Made by a program: the position numbers and the translations under genes. The notes below the pieces were generated by a model. The model did not search any database, had not been told where the DNA came from, and was given only the letters and a program-made list of their open reading frames with translations. Source: Candidatus Heimdallarchaeota archaeon (lineage in GTDB: Archaea > Asgardarchaeota > Heimdallarchaeia > Heimdallarchaeales > Heimdallarchaeaceae). Taken from it: a stretch of DNA of 64,000 nt. The stretch spans positions 154,617-218,616 of the forward strand of contig JAHLWR010000004.1 in the NCBI GenBank assembly GCA_019057815.1. Reading direction: 5' to 3'. Positions 28,525 through 38,403 of this stretch are shown here, in pieces. Within the stretch, counting starts at the first letter, position 1; each line of letters starts with the position of its first letter.

Positions 28525-30180
28525 TTGAAACATTTTATTAAATGTTCCATGAATGAATCAACAGAAGACTCTGAAATTGATAGTTTAATCAAGCAGCTAA
28601 AATATAGCTCTATACCTCTACAAAGAGAAAGAGCTGCGTACATACTATCCAATGTTAGAGATTCTAAAGTTTTAGAGGCTCTGTTAAGTGCTCAATTAAA
28701 TGATCCAAGCCCTCGAGTAAGAGATGCTGCTTCTCAAGCGCTTGCATCTCTAATAACCGATGATGAATTAGATGAAGAAGAGCAAGGGATTGATCGGCTT
28801 TTACTAGAAAACAAAGATAAAGTAAAACAATTATTCAATATTACTAAAGATTTTGAAATAATAAGAAAAGGGATGAAAAAAGTCAGATCTAGTGGGAAAG
28901 ATTCACTGGAACTTCGTCAACTTTTCAAAGCAGTAAAACAAGATAGGTTTCTTCAAAGCCAACCAAATATTAATAGTGTTATTAACGCTATACTTCTGCT
29001 CCCAATTGAAGATTCTGATTTAGGGAGAGATGTAGCTATAGCTCTTACAGAAATATTGAGAGTTACATCGAATGAATCTGAAAGAATGAACGCAATGGGA
29101 TGTTTGAACAATATCATAACAAACATTGATAAGTACACTCCTTTATTCGGTATAGCTGAATCATACATAATGATTTTCAAAGCTACAGATGAATCTGAGA
29201 TGCGAATAACTGCTTTCAAATGCTTAGAAGAGATAATTTTCAAGCGGAAATCATTAGCTAAATTAAGTCAATACACAAGTGATATCATAAAATTGCTAAC
29301 TTTTTCATATGAAAAACAGTTAAGAGAAATAACTCTTTTTGCTTACCCTGATTTAATTCTAGCAACAAAAGAAAAGATAAGCTATCTAGTGGATATAATG
29401 ATAGGGATAGCTAGAGCAACATATGAGGATAACTTAAGAGAGATGGGATTAAAGGCTCTGGAAGCATTATTGAAAAAGGAACAGCTAACGGAATTAAACG
29501 TTGAAAGAATTATTAAAATATTAAAATCTCATCACGATAAAAACATACGAACGAGAGGAATAGAACTGTTTATGCAGTTGGTCTTTCAGTTCAATTCTGA
29601 AACAATAGAATATCCTTTAAGTGCGCTTTTCAACATTATGATGAAAATAAAACAAGAAGATATTTGTTATACTTCTTTACAAACAATTAGCAATTTTGCA
29701 TTTAAACATGATTTGTCAAAAAATGTTAAAATAATTTTCCAGTTTGTGGAAAAAATAGCTTTAAGCGCAAGTCATCCGTTAATTGTAAATCGCGCTTTCC
29801 AGATTGTTGATAGTATTGTACTAAATTTTCCTGAGAAGGTTACTGAAGATTTTTCGACCAGTTTTGTTGAATGTTTAAAGATTCACATTGATTTGGGGGT
29901 TATGGATCAAGTAATAACTACTTTTACAAAATTATTTACGGTGAGAGATATAATTCCATCAGATTTGAAACAATATATCAAAACCCTTCTTTACCTATCA
30001 AATGATACAGAAATCCTTGAAAGTTTACTAAGCTTCTTTACTGAATCAATGATAACTAACGATAAAGTATTAGCTGAAAAAGTAATTAATAGATTAATGG
30101 AAATTATGAGTTTGAATAAGGATAAGGAAAGTGTCTTCTACGAATTGTCAAATCTTGATATCAGTGAGTTTCTGTATTAG
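28525..30180 (+). CDS. HEAT/ARM alpha-solenoid protein
   Basis: QRERAAYIL, DPSPRVRDAASQAL, then ~38-aa repeats of the ExxLRxxA/G type. Start is probably the ATG at 28549. Confidence 0.85.
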   Translation: MKHFIKCSMNESTEDSEIDSLIKQLKYSSIPLQRERAAYILSNVRDSKVLEALLSAQLNDPSPRVRDAASQALASLITDDELDEEEQGIDRLLLENKDKVKQLFNITKDFEIIRKGMKKVRSSGKDSLELRQLFKAVKQDRFLQSQPNINSVINAILLLPIEDSDLGRDVAIALTEILRVTSNESERMNAMGCLNNIITNIDKYTPLFGIAESYIMIFKATDESEMRITAFKCLEEIIFKRKSLAKLSQYTSDIIKLLTFSYEKQLREITLFAYPDLILATKEKISYLVDIMIGIARATYEDNLREMGLKALEALLKKEQLTELNVERIIKILKSHHDKNIRTRGIELFMQLVFQFNSETIEYPLSALFNIMMKIKQEDICYTSLQTISNFAFKHDLSKNVKIIFQFVEKIALSASHPLIVNRAFQIVDSIVLNFPEKVTEDFSTSFVECLKIHIDLGVMDQVITTFTKLFTVRDIIPSDLKQYIKTLLYLSNDTEILESLLSFFTESMITNDKVLAEKVINRLMEIMSLNKDKESVFYELSNLDISEFLY

Positions 30181-30194
30181 AAAAAAAGAAGTTA

Positions 30195-30977
30195 TTAGAA
30201 AATCGCTAACCAAAAGAGAAATTGAGAGAAAATAAACAGACTAACAATAATTACAATATCTCTTGTTTTAAATTTGAAATCATTAATAACTTCTCTAAAT
30301 AAAAAGGGAGAAAATACTGAAATGAGCAAGAAGAAGACTCCAGGTTTGTATAAGTTGATTACAAATTGATTATAATCTACTGGACTAGTAAATGCATTGA
30401 ACATAAAAAAGGTTATTACTGCAAAATCAGCTAAAATATAGATTAAGAAGGGAATTCGAATTATTTTATGTAAATTTTTCTTGAAAGCTATAAATAGAAT
30501 TGGAATATAGAAGAAGAAAATATCTGTGTAGAAATCTGTTACTTGTAATAATCTAAGCTGTATTTCTGAAAAGGCAGCAACAGGAACAATGACAAAGCTA
30601 ATCTCTTGAGCAGAAAAAGGCCAAAATAATAGTACGTATGACAAATACAATGTATCTAACATAACATGTACAAACATTCCTATACCGAAACCAATGGCAA
30701 AATGGAGTAAATTGAAATTCTCAATTTGTTTAATTTTTGGGATAAAATAAACTCCTATAAGTATTGCTGTAAAAAGAAACACCATAAACAAACTGTGTGT
30801 AAAACTTCTATGAATCTCCATAGCAGCTGTTTCACCAGCTATGAGATATACAAGACCTGTAATAAAAATGTCAATATCAGGGAAGATAGCTCCAGAAACA
30901 GCGCCCAATTTGTAGTCTTTCTTCTTATTTAGACTAGCAAGTACTAACCCTGATAGAAGATGAACTCCACCTTGCAT
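30195..30977 (-). CDS. Membrane-bound metal-dependent hydrolase (YdjM-like)
   Basis: H near the N-terminus, PDID, HRSFTHS, HVMLD, LFWPF. Confidence 0.9.
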   Translation of the reverse strand: MQGGVHLLSGLVLASLNKKKDYKLGAVSGAIFPDIDIFITGLVYLIAGETAAMEIHRSFTHSLFMVFLFTAILIGVYFIPKIKQIENFNLLHFAIGFGIGMFVHVMLDTLYLSYVLLFWPFSAQEISFVIVPVAAFSEIQLRLLQVTDFYTDIFFFYIPILFIAFKKNLHKIIRIPFLIYILADFAVITFFMFNAFTSPVDYNQFVINLYKPGVFFLLISVFSPFLFREVINDFKFKTRDIVIIVSLFIFSQFLFWLAIF

Positions 30978-31144
30978 ACACTGGTTAGAATATTTTTCTT
31001 TTATAACAGTTTTGTATATCTAACCTTTTGCAAATTCTATGAATTACGGATTAGTGAGCAATTTAAGAAATTTCTTCCCTTTTTGTAAGTTTTTTATAGT
31101 GTAAACTTTGAAAATGTTGAAGTAATAGTAACATTGATATCTTA

Positions 31145-32485
31145 GTGCTTTTTTTCTCTCCTATGTATAAAAAAAGTGCAAGTGAGATAAATATTGATCT
31201 TCTAAAGAAGCATGAATTGGATGACTATCTAACATCTCTTTCAATAGATGATAAGGAATTAAAATACCTAGACGAGCAAAGATTGCTTCTAAAGATTCTT
31301 GGTAGTAAACCTCATTTAGCAGTACAACTCTTAATCCATTTAGATTGGTATCAACCTCAATCTGCTTTCCAGCTTGCGCAGAAAATAAGTGAAGAATATG
31401 GTCGTGATCTAACATCGGGTAATAATCTCTTATTTATTACCTCATTCCTACGAAGGTTAACAAAACTCAACTATCTAACAAAAGAAACAATTAAGGATAG
31501 CTTAAATCGAAAAATAGAGGGATATACTTTAAAAAAGGAGAAACAATTACTCTCTTTTCTTACAGTGAAAAACTTGATAGAACATCAAAAGAAACCTCTA
31601 ATCGATTTCTTCGCAGTAATTATCTACTTTAATGAAAAAATAGGAACTATAATGGATAAGAATAATAGACCTATATCTTTTGATATTTCTATTATAATTA
31701 CACAGCTAGTACAAACAGGACTGCAACTAGATACGAGTATGGACGTTATAAACATCTGTTTCCCCCAATTCTATCGCGATATGCCAACAAATGAGATTCT
31801 GGACATAGTATGTCAAGCATTAAACCATATTGATCCTACAGGAATACTTTCACAAACCTTTCGAAGAATAAACTCAGGTGTTGTTTGGGTAAGAGAAATG
31901 CAGAGAGAAATAAAATACTCTGATATAAGTGCGCTAATTAGTGAAATTAATCCAGATTCTTCAAGTTCAATCGCTAATAAAATGGCAGATGGAGTATTGA
32001 GCAAACTCCGTATTCTAGGTTTTCGTAGTCTGAGTTTTGAAACTATTAGAGCTATTGTTACAGAAGAAATAGCCTCTTTCCAGACTGAAAATGATTACGC
32101 TGTGTGTAAATCTTTATTCAAACAAGTTGATCACGAAATGATTAAATCTGATATTAAAACAGCTGCTTTAAAATTGCAGAGAACAGGTTATCATCTCTTC
32201 AAATCGCTCTTTCATCAAGTAGCTGTAATTCCACCTGAAACAGCTCAGGGTGTTTTTTCAAATAGTACAAAAGTTGTTCAGAGTTATATTCAAGAATCAT
32301 TTAAACAAAGTGATCCAGGAAGGAAAAGTTTTGAGTTCATAGCTCTAAGAACAGCAAAGAATCTTTTTAAGATGAGTTCTAGAGTAGAATATATTACAGA
32401 TGATAATTATTACATGGTTGAAGAAATATATGAAGGGATGGAAGCTATGCTAGAATATTTGGATTTGATTATTGATAATATGTAA
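31145..32485 (+). CDS. Putative regulator: winged HTH, ATP-cone-like domain(s), HEPN-like C-terminus
   Basis: SAFQLAQKI...FLRRLTKLNYL...YTL (wHTH); MDKNNRPISFD..II..LVQTG...TNEILDIV..AL (ATP cone); AALKLQ...FKSLF....IPPET (HEPN-like). Confidence 0.65.
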   Translation: MLFFSPMYKKSASEINIDLLKKHELDDYLTSLSIDDKELKYLDEQRLLLKILGSKPHLAVQLLIHLDWYQPQSAFQLAQKISEEYGRDLTSGNNLLFITSFLRRLTKLNYLTKETIKDSLNRKIEGYTLKKEKQLLSFLTVKNLIEHQKKPLIDFFAVIIYFNEKIGTIMDKNNRPISFDISIIITQLVQTGLQLDTSMDVINICFPQFYRDMPTNEILDIVCQALNHIDPTGILSQTFRRINSGVVWVREMQREIKYSDISALISEINPDSSSSIANKMADGVLSKLRILGFRSLSFETIRAIVTEEIASFQTENDYAVCKSLFKQVDHEMIKSDIKTAALKLQRTGYHLFKSLFHQVAVIPPETAQGVFSNSTKVVQSYIQESFKQSDPGRKSFEFIALRTAKNLFKMSSRVEYITDDNYYMVEEIYEGMEAMLEYLDLIIDNM

Positions 32486-32487
32486 AA

Positions 32488-32781
32488 CTAGTTGATTGCT
32501 TTTTCAATCACTGTGCTAAGTCTGTTGATAAATTCTTCCGCAAGCTTTTTGTTTTCAACACCATAAACTAGAATTTTACCTGTCGGAAAAAGAGATATTT
32601 TGTATTGTTTATCTTCAGATTGGAAAATAAGAACAACGCTTGTAGCTCTTAAGAGAGTAAAATGTTCTAAAGATCTTTCGAAATCTTGTTTTAAAGCAAT
32701 AATAGGGATTTTAAGATTTTTATCAGGAATAGCTTGGAAACCTACTTTGTTTTTGCATGGTGTAATAGTTGTGTAAAACAT
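32488..32781 (-). CDS. Small TBP-like fold protein
   Basis: TPC...FQAIP...ISLFPTGKILVYGV...AEEFI. ATG at 32781 preferred over the ORF start at 32856. Confidence 0.65.
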   Translation of the reverse strand: MFYTTITPCKNKVGFQAIPDKNLKIPIIALKQDFERSLEHFTLLRATSVVLIFQSEDKQYKISLFPTGKILVYGVENKKLAEEFINRLSTVIEKAIN

Positions 32782-32879
32782 AGCGTCACTAATGCTCTGG
32801 TAAATGCTTAGCTTTTTCAACTTTCGTATAAATGATTTGAGGAGAAAAATATACAATTAAATATCTTTAAAAAACTAAA

Positions 32880-34709
32880 ATGAAAAATGAGCATATGAAT
32901 AATGTTCTTCTACGAATAAATTTAACAACAAAAGAAATAACAAAGGAAACCATCCCTGATGCGGTTGTTTATAGTTACATGGGGGGAACGGGATATATTA
33001 CTTATTTTCTCTACAAAGAATTGCTACCTAAAATAGATCCCCTTTCATCAGAGAACAAAATCATTATAGCTCCAGGACCTATACAAGGGACCAAGATTCC
33101 TATTTCAGGAAGATATGCGATGGGGACAAAGAGTCCTTTGACAGGTTTATACCTAGACAGTAATGTTGGTGGATTTCTGGGTCCTGAAATAAGATTTGCT
33201 GGTTACGATCTAATTATAATTGAAGGAAAATCTGAATCTCCAGTCTACCTTTCTGTTAGAAATGATAAAGTAGAGATAAAAGATGCAAAGCATCTATGGG
33301 GAAAGTTTGTTCGTGAAACAGAGAGAATAATAAGAAACATAGAAGAAGAACCTAAAATGAGAGTTCTAACTATTGGTCCAGCAGGAGAAAATCTGGTTAA
33401 ATTCGCTTGCACAACATCTGATAGTTATCGAAACGCGGGAAGAGGTGGTCTAGGAGCTGTTTTTGGTTCGAAAAACCTCAAAGCTGTAGCTATTAAAGGT
33501 TCTACTCGACCATCAAATGGTAATCAAGAACAGATAGAGGAAGTAAAGAAAGATTTAATCCAAAGAGCAAGAACAGCAAAAGAATCAGGAAATCTGATAT
33601 ATAAACATGGAACAAGTTGGTTTGTAGGCATTTCCAACCAGTTCTCTCAATTTCCAACCAAAAATTTTCAGTCAGGAGAGTTTGAAGACTATGAGAAAAT
33701 CAATCATGAAACGATAGCTGAAAAATATAAAAGGTTTAGAAGACCTTGTTTTCAATGTCCTATAGGTTGTTCAGAAACTCTGGACGCTTCAGCTTTTGAA
33801 TGGACAGATGAAAAAGAAATAGCTAAACCTGAGTATGAAACTCTAGCAATGTTAGGTGGAAATTGTGGAATTAATAATGTTGAAACAATTATCCATGCGA
33901 ATTATTTGTGTAATCAAATGGGCATAGATACTATAAGTATAGGTAGTATTATAGCTATGACAATGGAAGCAAAAGAAAAAGGTTTTGTAGAAGGAGAAGA
34001 GTTTAACGATGTTGAATTCGGCAATTCAGATAAGTTGCTCGAACTAATAAAGAAGATAGCTTATCGAGAAGGCTTGGGAGACTTTCTAGCTGAAGGGGTT
34101 TCTACAGTTGCTAAAGAATGGGGAACAGAACATTTTGCTATTCATTCAAAGGGTTTGCCATTCGCAGCATGGGATCCTAGAGGAAAACTAGGACTTGGAT
34201 TAAGTTATGCTACAGCGGCTGTTGGTGCGAGTCATCTAAGAGGATGGCCATCAACTGCTGATGTACCAAACAAAAGCGCAGAACCTGTGATTAAATCACT
34301 GATTGAACAACAAGATTTGAAAACAATAAAGGATTGTTTGTCAATATGCCACTTTACGCACAGTATAACGCCTTCGTTAAGTTTAGACGATTGTCGGAAA
34401 ATAACCTCAGCTGTATGGGACAAAGGAGTTTCCATAGAAGAATTAAGAGATATAGCTCAAAAAGTGTGGATTCTTAAAAGACTGTTTAATAGTAGAGAGT
34501 TTGAACCGAAAAAACCCAGAGAATTCGATAAACTACCACCTAGATTCATGAAAGAACCATTACCTTCAGGAAAAGCAAAAGGATGTAAAGCTTTCATTGA
34601 TGAAGAAGATTTTGAGAGATCTCTAGATTACTTCTATGAACAGAGGGGAATAGAGAAAGATGGGTATCCTAAAAAAGAGGAAATAGAAAAGTTGGGCATC
34701 TCAATCTAA
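32880..34709 (+). CDS. aor: Tungsten-containing aldehyde:ferredoxin oxidoreductase
   Basis: KSPLTG, IGPAGENLV, AGRGGLGAVFGSKNLKA, CFQCPIGC, PEYET, GIDTIS, DPRG. Confidence 0.96.
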   Translation: MKNEHMNNVLLRINLTTKEITKETIPDAVVYSYMGGTGYITYFLYKELLPKIDPLSSENKIIIAPGPIQGTKIPISGRYAMGTKSPLTGLYLDSNVGGFLGPEIRFAGYDLIIIEGKSESPVYLSVRNDKVEIKDAKHLWGKFVRETERIIRNIEEEPKMRVLTIGPAGENLVKFACTTSDSYRNAGRGGLGAVFGSKNLKAVAIKGSTRPSNGNQEQIEEVKKDLIQRARTAKESGNLIYKHGTSWFVGISNQFSQFPTKNFQSGEFEDYEKINHETIAEKYKRFRRPCFQCPIGCSETLDASAFEWTDEKEIAKPEYETLAMLGGNCGINNVETIIHANYLCNQMGIDTISIGSIIAMTMEAKEKGFVEGEEFNDVEFGNSDKLLELIKKIAYREGLGDFLAEGVSTVAKEWGTEHFAIHSKGLPFAAWDPRGKLGLGLSYATAAVGASHLRGWPSTADVPNKSAEPVIKSLIEQQDLKTIKDCLSICHFTHSITPSLSLDDCRKITSAVWDKGVSIEELRDIAQKVWILKRLFNSREFEPKKPREFDKLPPRFMKEPLPSGKAKGCKAFIDEEDFERSLDYFYEQRGIEKDGYPKKEEIEKLGISI

Positions 34710-34879
34710 TAGAATTTCATTTATTTAATTATTGGGTTAAGAGTAAAAGAAAAGTAATAGACTTTAGGTTTAGAGCACTTTTATTTTTAATGTCTAATAT
34801 AAAAAGGATGCAAAAAAGGAAGTGTTGAAGATTTGGTTCCTTTTATTACTTCAATTCTATGCAGTTTCTAACAGCTGTT

Positions 34880-35002
34880 CTATTTTATCTTTACCTTCTT
34901 TGAGATTGTCTTAATAAGGAGGAAAGGAACAATGGAAAGTAGTAGAGTTAATAAAACGATTTGTGGATATTCTATTATTACAGGTTCTCCAAGAGGATGA
35001 TA
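34880..35002 (-). pseudogene. C-terminal relic of a NosD-family surface protein
   Basis: Translates YHPLGEPVIIEYPQIVLLTLLLSIVPFLLIKTISKKVKIK*, compared with YPLDEPVEYS...QIFFTFTLLLVLVPLLLTKLFSRKRR in the 42231 ORF. Confidence 0.7.
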
Positions 35003-35153
35003 TTTGAGTTTCAATATTTTTTTGTACAGATTTGCTAATTGAATATTGGTAATTACTCAGCTATTATTCATTTTAAAATCCTTTTTTGAATAGGTTTCAA
35101 GATATTCTTACTTTCATTATATTTATCAATCTTCGTGTTATAGTTATGGTGTA

Positions 35154-36878
35154 ATGAGTAAGGAATACGAATCTATGCATAGAGAGTTTCTCAATCTTTC
35201 ACCAAAAGAGAAAATTGACTATGTTGAAAAAATGGCTACAGAGATTGTTCTTTTGCTAAATCAGAAAAATATTGAAGTTAAAGGGTACATCGATAAAATC
35301 GGATTTTTCAAAGCTTTTGTTTCATTACTTTATCGTCTTTCAGGAGTCTATAAAAAAGAATTCTTTGACTTCTTAGTCAATGCAATCAGAAATTTCTGGG
35401 AATCATTAGAGAGATGCTCTTCACAGAAGCTACTTTATCCTGCTCTTTCTGCATTCATGGAACTTTTTTCGCAATTAAAGGGTTTAAGTCCTTTTTACAC
35501 TCTCCATGGTGTTTTGAATAATACTATAACTTATGGAGCAATCCCTTCGAAAGATGAAGTAAAAGAATTATTAGCACAAGAAATGCAACAACTAAGTTTT
35601 CTGTTAGATTATATGCAACTTGGCTCAGTTCTACGTTTTATTGATTCGGAAGAAGATAAAGTCAATATTATCAAATCTGCTACTAACTTCTCACAAATTC
35701 TAGTATTAACATTATATAATTTCCTTGTTAACATACCTGTCCTTTCTATCGAACAATTCACAGTTTGGTGCAAGTTGTTCGAAGAATCGTTAGAAAAAGC
35801 ATTTGTGATGCATGGTCACCTCAAAGAAATAAAAGAAACAGGTATAGGGCTTCTTCGTGTGAAAATCTCTGAATCCTCAATGATAGCTCTAAAAACTCAA
35901 TCTTACCTTCTAAGAGCAAGATATACTAACGAAAATGTTGATGAATTGCTTAATTATGCATATATAGAAGCATCAAAAGCTCTACAAGAATTGGAACCAT
36001 ATTATAATCATATGCAATTCAGTGAAATATCTAATAGATATTACTATCAGCAGAAATCGTTACTGCTTGAAACTCGATTTTACCAGTTACTGCAAGGAGT
36101 AGTGTCTACACAATATAAGAACTCTAAATACATTGGAGACATAAAAGACGATAAAAGTGAAATAACCAAGCAAGCTGTTAGGCTTCAAGTTCAAGAGATT
36201 TTGAGGGAAATACACAATTATATAACGCTCCTTTTAGCTGAAAAAGAAATGTCAGATATAGGCATTTCAACCCATTTAATAAGCGTTTATTCAAAAATTG
36301 TTTATGGTTCATACATCTACGATTTAGCAAATGAGATAGAGATGATGGAAAATTTATCAAAAACAAGACACATAGATATAAGCGATGCAGATCAATCTCT
36401 TTTGTTAGCGCATTACTGGTTATATCGGTGGGCTGAGACTGAAGATAATGAAATGTTGAAAACAGCTTGTAATTATTTTGAAAGAGCAACAGAGATTTTC
36501 AGTGTGATATACAACAACTCATATGTACCAATTTATGGTTACTCAATGATAACAGTGATTCATCTTATTCTAGATAACATTCCAAGGGCTGAAATGTTCA
36601 TAATGAAAGCGGATGATGAGTTCAACTCAGCGAAGAATTTAATGATCATTAATGAATCAGAGAGACACTATTACGAACAATTCAGATTTCAAATAGATAC
36701 AATTTTATCAGGAGAAATAGTTGAAAAACCTTTAAGATTTGAAAAAAAATTCAACCCCTTGGATATTAACACTTGGAACACAGAAAAGAAAGATTGGAGA
36801 AAGAAAATACCCGATTTTCCAGAACCTTTTCCTTTCCATCTTGAACAGTTAAAGATATTAGAATTCGAGTTTCAATAA
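35154..36878 (+). CDS. All-alpha hypothetical protein with TPR-like C-terminal region
   Basis: 574-aa ORF; ACNYFERATEIF and RAEMFIMKA helices. Confidence 0.75.
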   Translation: MSKEYESMHREFLNLSPKEKIDYVEKMATEIVLLLNQKNIEVKGYIDKIGFFKAFVSLLYRLSGVYKKEFFDFLVNAIRNFWESLERCSSQKLLYPALSAFMELFSQLKGLSPFYTLHGVLNNTITYGAIPSKDEVKELLAQEMQQLSFLLDYMQLGSVLRFIDSEEDKVNIIKSATNFSQILVLTLYNFLVNIPVLSIEQFTVWCKLFEESLEKAFVMHGHLKEIKETGIGLLRVKISESSMIALKTQSYLLRARYTNENVDELLNYAYIEASKALQELEPYYNHMQFSEISNRYYYQQKSLLLETRFYQLLQGVVSTQYKNSKYIGDIKDDKSEITKQAVRLQVQEILREIHNYITLLLAEKEMSDIGISTHLISVYSKIVYGSYIYDLANEIEMMENLSKTRHIDISDADQSLLLAHYWLYRWAETEDNEMLKTACNYFERATEIFSVIYNNSYVPIYGYSMITVIHLILDNIPRAEMFIMKADDEFNSAKNLMIINESERHYYEQFRFQIDTILSGEIVEKPLRFEKKFNPLDINTWNTEKKDWRKKIPDFPEPFPFHLEQLKILEFEFQ

Positions 36879-36898
36879 ACTAAGTTAATCGAAAGAGC

Positions 36899-37270
36899 AT
36901 GAAACCTATGAAACCTTCAGAAGAAAAAAAACCTTTAATGGAGGTTTTAAACTTACGATTTATCATTGTTTTTCTGATATTAATAATGGCTACTATCTTT
37001 CTTTTTATGTATGGAGATTACGAATACTATGCAATTATTACCATTATTTTTGCAGTTATTTATGTTTTTTATACCTACTTCAGCTCATCAAAGAAAAACA
37101 AAACTAGATATAGATCTCTAGAAGTTGAAGAAAAAGACGAGTTGAAGACTTTAGCAAAAGCCTATGGAGAAATTGTTAATGCACAAGAGCAGACACATTA
37201 TTGCAAATATTGTGGTACAAAATTGGAAGAGAAGAATAGATGTCCAGAATGTGGACAGATCACTCTGTAA
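36899..37270 (+). CDS. 2-TM membrane protein with C-terminal zinc ribbon
   Basis: Two TMs; CKYCG...CPECG. Confidence 0.8.
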   Translation: MKPMKPSEEKKPLMEVLNLRFIIVFLILIMATIFLFMYGDYEYYAIITIIFAVIYVFYTYFSSSKKNKTRYRSLEVEEKDELKTLAKAYGEIVNAQEQTHYCKYCGTKLEEKNRCPECGQITL

Positions 37271-37829
37271 TCTCTGATTCTTTGATTTCTTTACCATATT
37301 TTGGGTTGAATGTCCAAATCTCATTAAGGATGTAGTTCGTTATGACAGAAACAATGAATCCAATCGCACTAGCTAGAAGGTCAGGTGTTGATAACAAAGT
37401 AGCGAAAATATAGACCAAAGCTAAATTAACAACAGTTCCTGAAGCTCCTACTAATGCAAACTTAAAAAATTGGATAGTAGTATTGAAATCTGTCCGAGTC
37501 TCTTGTTCCTTAAATGTCCATAATTTGTTCAAAATGTAATTATAGACCATAACAATTATTATGGCTACAAATTGTTGTAAAATTATCTTTTCTATATCAA
37601 ATGTCCATTTGAAAAAAGGTATTGAAAAAAGAATATCTGAAAGTGGTGTAGCATCAAGAATCACTCCCATTAATGCGACAATACCTAAAGTGAGTCCCAA
37701 TCCTCCAATGCTTACTATTGCAAATTTAATGAATCTTTCTTTCTTGGTTTTTGACTCCTTGATAAAAAATTGAAAGATACTCGAATCTTTTATAGAAGTT
37801 CTTTTGTTATCGTTATTTTGGTCATTCAT
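37260..37829 (-). CDS. GtrA family protein (lipid-linked glycan translocation)
   Basis: RFIKFAIVS, NYILNKLWTF, QFFKFALVGASGTVVN, NYILNEIWTF. Confidence 0.92.
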   Translation of the reverse strand: MNDQNNDNKRTSIKDSSIFQFFIKESKTKKERFIKFAIVSIGGLGLTLGIVALMGVILDATPLSDILFSIPFFKWTFDIEKIILQQFVAIIIVMVYNYILNKLWTFKEQETRTDFNTTIQFFKFALVGASGTVVNLALVYIFATLLSTPDLLASAIGFIVSVITNYILNEIWTFNPKYGKEIKESEITE

Positions 37830-37924
37830 CTATATCTCTTCAAACGGAAGTATTTCCTTCTTTTTAAGTATTTTATGGAAGAAACACCTTAGAGAAAATG
37901 ATGATGAAAGCAAATCGTTTTTAA

Positions 37925-38368
37925 ATGTCTAGACGAAGATATTCTATAGTTAATATTAAAGGGATTATGATGACTATTCATGTAAGATATTTATCACAAG
38001 TGATTGTAAGAGTAAATCTTGAAGGAACTTATGACAATAAGATGGAGGAAGAATTAACTAGAGTTTTGGATGAACAGATTCAAAATGCTAAAAAACCCTT
38101 ATTTTATTTGATTGATATATCAAGCTATGAGCCAAAAGAAGCAGAAGAACAAGCGAATATTATCGCAAATAAATTAGCAGAAAAAGGAGATATAATTCAA
38201 AAAATAGCTTTCTACTTCACTAAAAAGAAGAAAATCAAGAATAAGGAAATTAAAAATAAACTCAAAATTTATGATAACGATTTTCAAGCGCAATCATGGT
38301 TAAGTGATGAATCAAGATTTGGGTTCTTAGATGAAATAACAATAGAAAAATTGGTAGAAGGTAAGTAA
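37925..38368 (+). CDS. STAS/SEC14 (SpoIIAA-like) domain protein
   Basis: IVRVNLEG...YLIDIS...KIAF...KIY.ND..AQSWL pattern. Start is probably the ATG at 37967 or 37970. Confidence 0.65.
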   Translation: MSRRRYSIVNIKGIMMTIHVRYLSQVIVRVNLEGTYDNKMEEELTRVLDEQIQNAKKPLFYLIDISSYEPKEAEEQANIIANKLAEKGDIIQKIAFYFTKKKKIKNKEIKNKLKIYDNDFQAQSWLSDESRFGFLDEITIEKLVEGK

Positions 38369-38403
38369 GAGAATTACTCAGTTTTTATTCTATCACTACA
38401 ATA

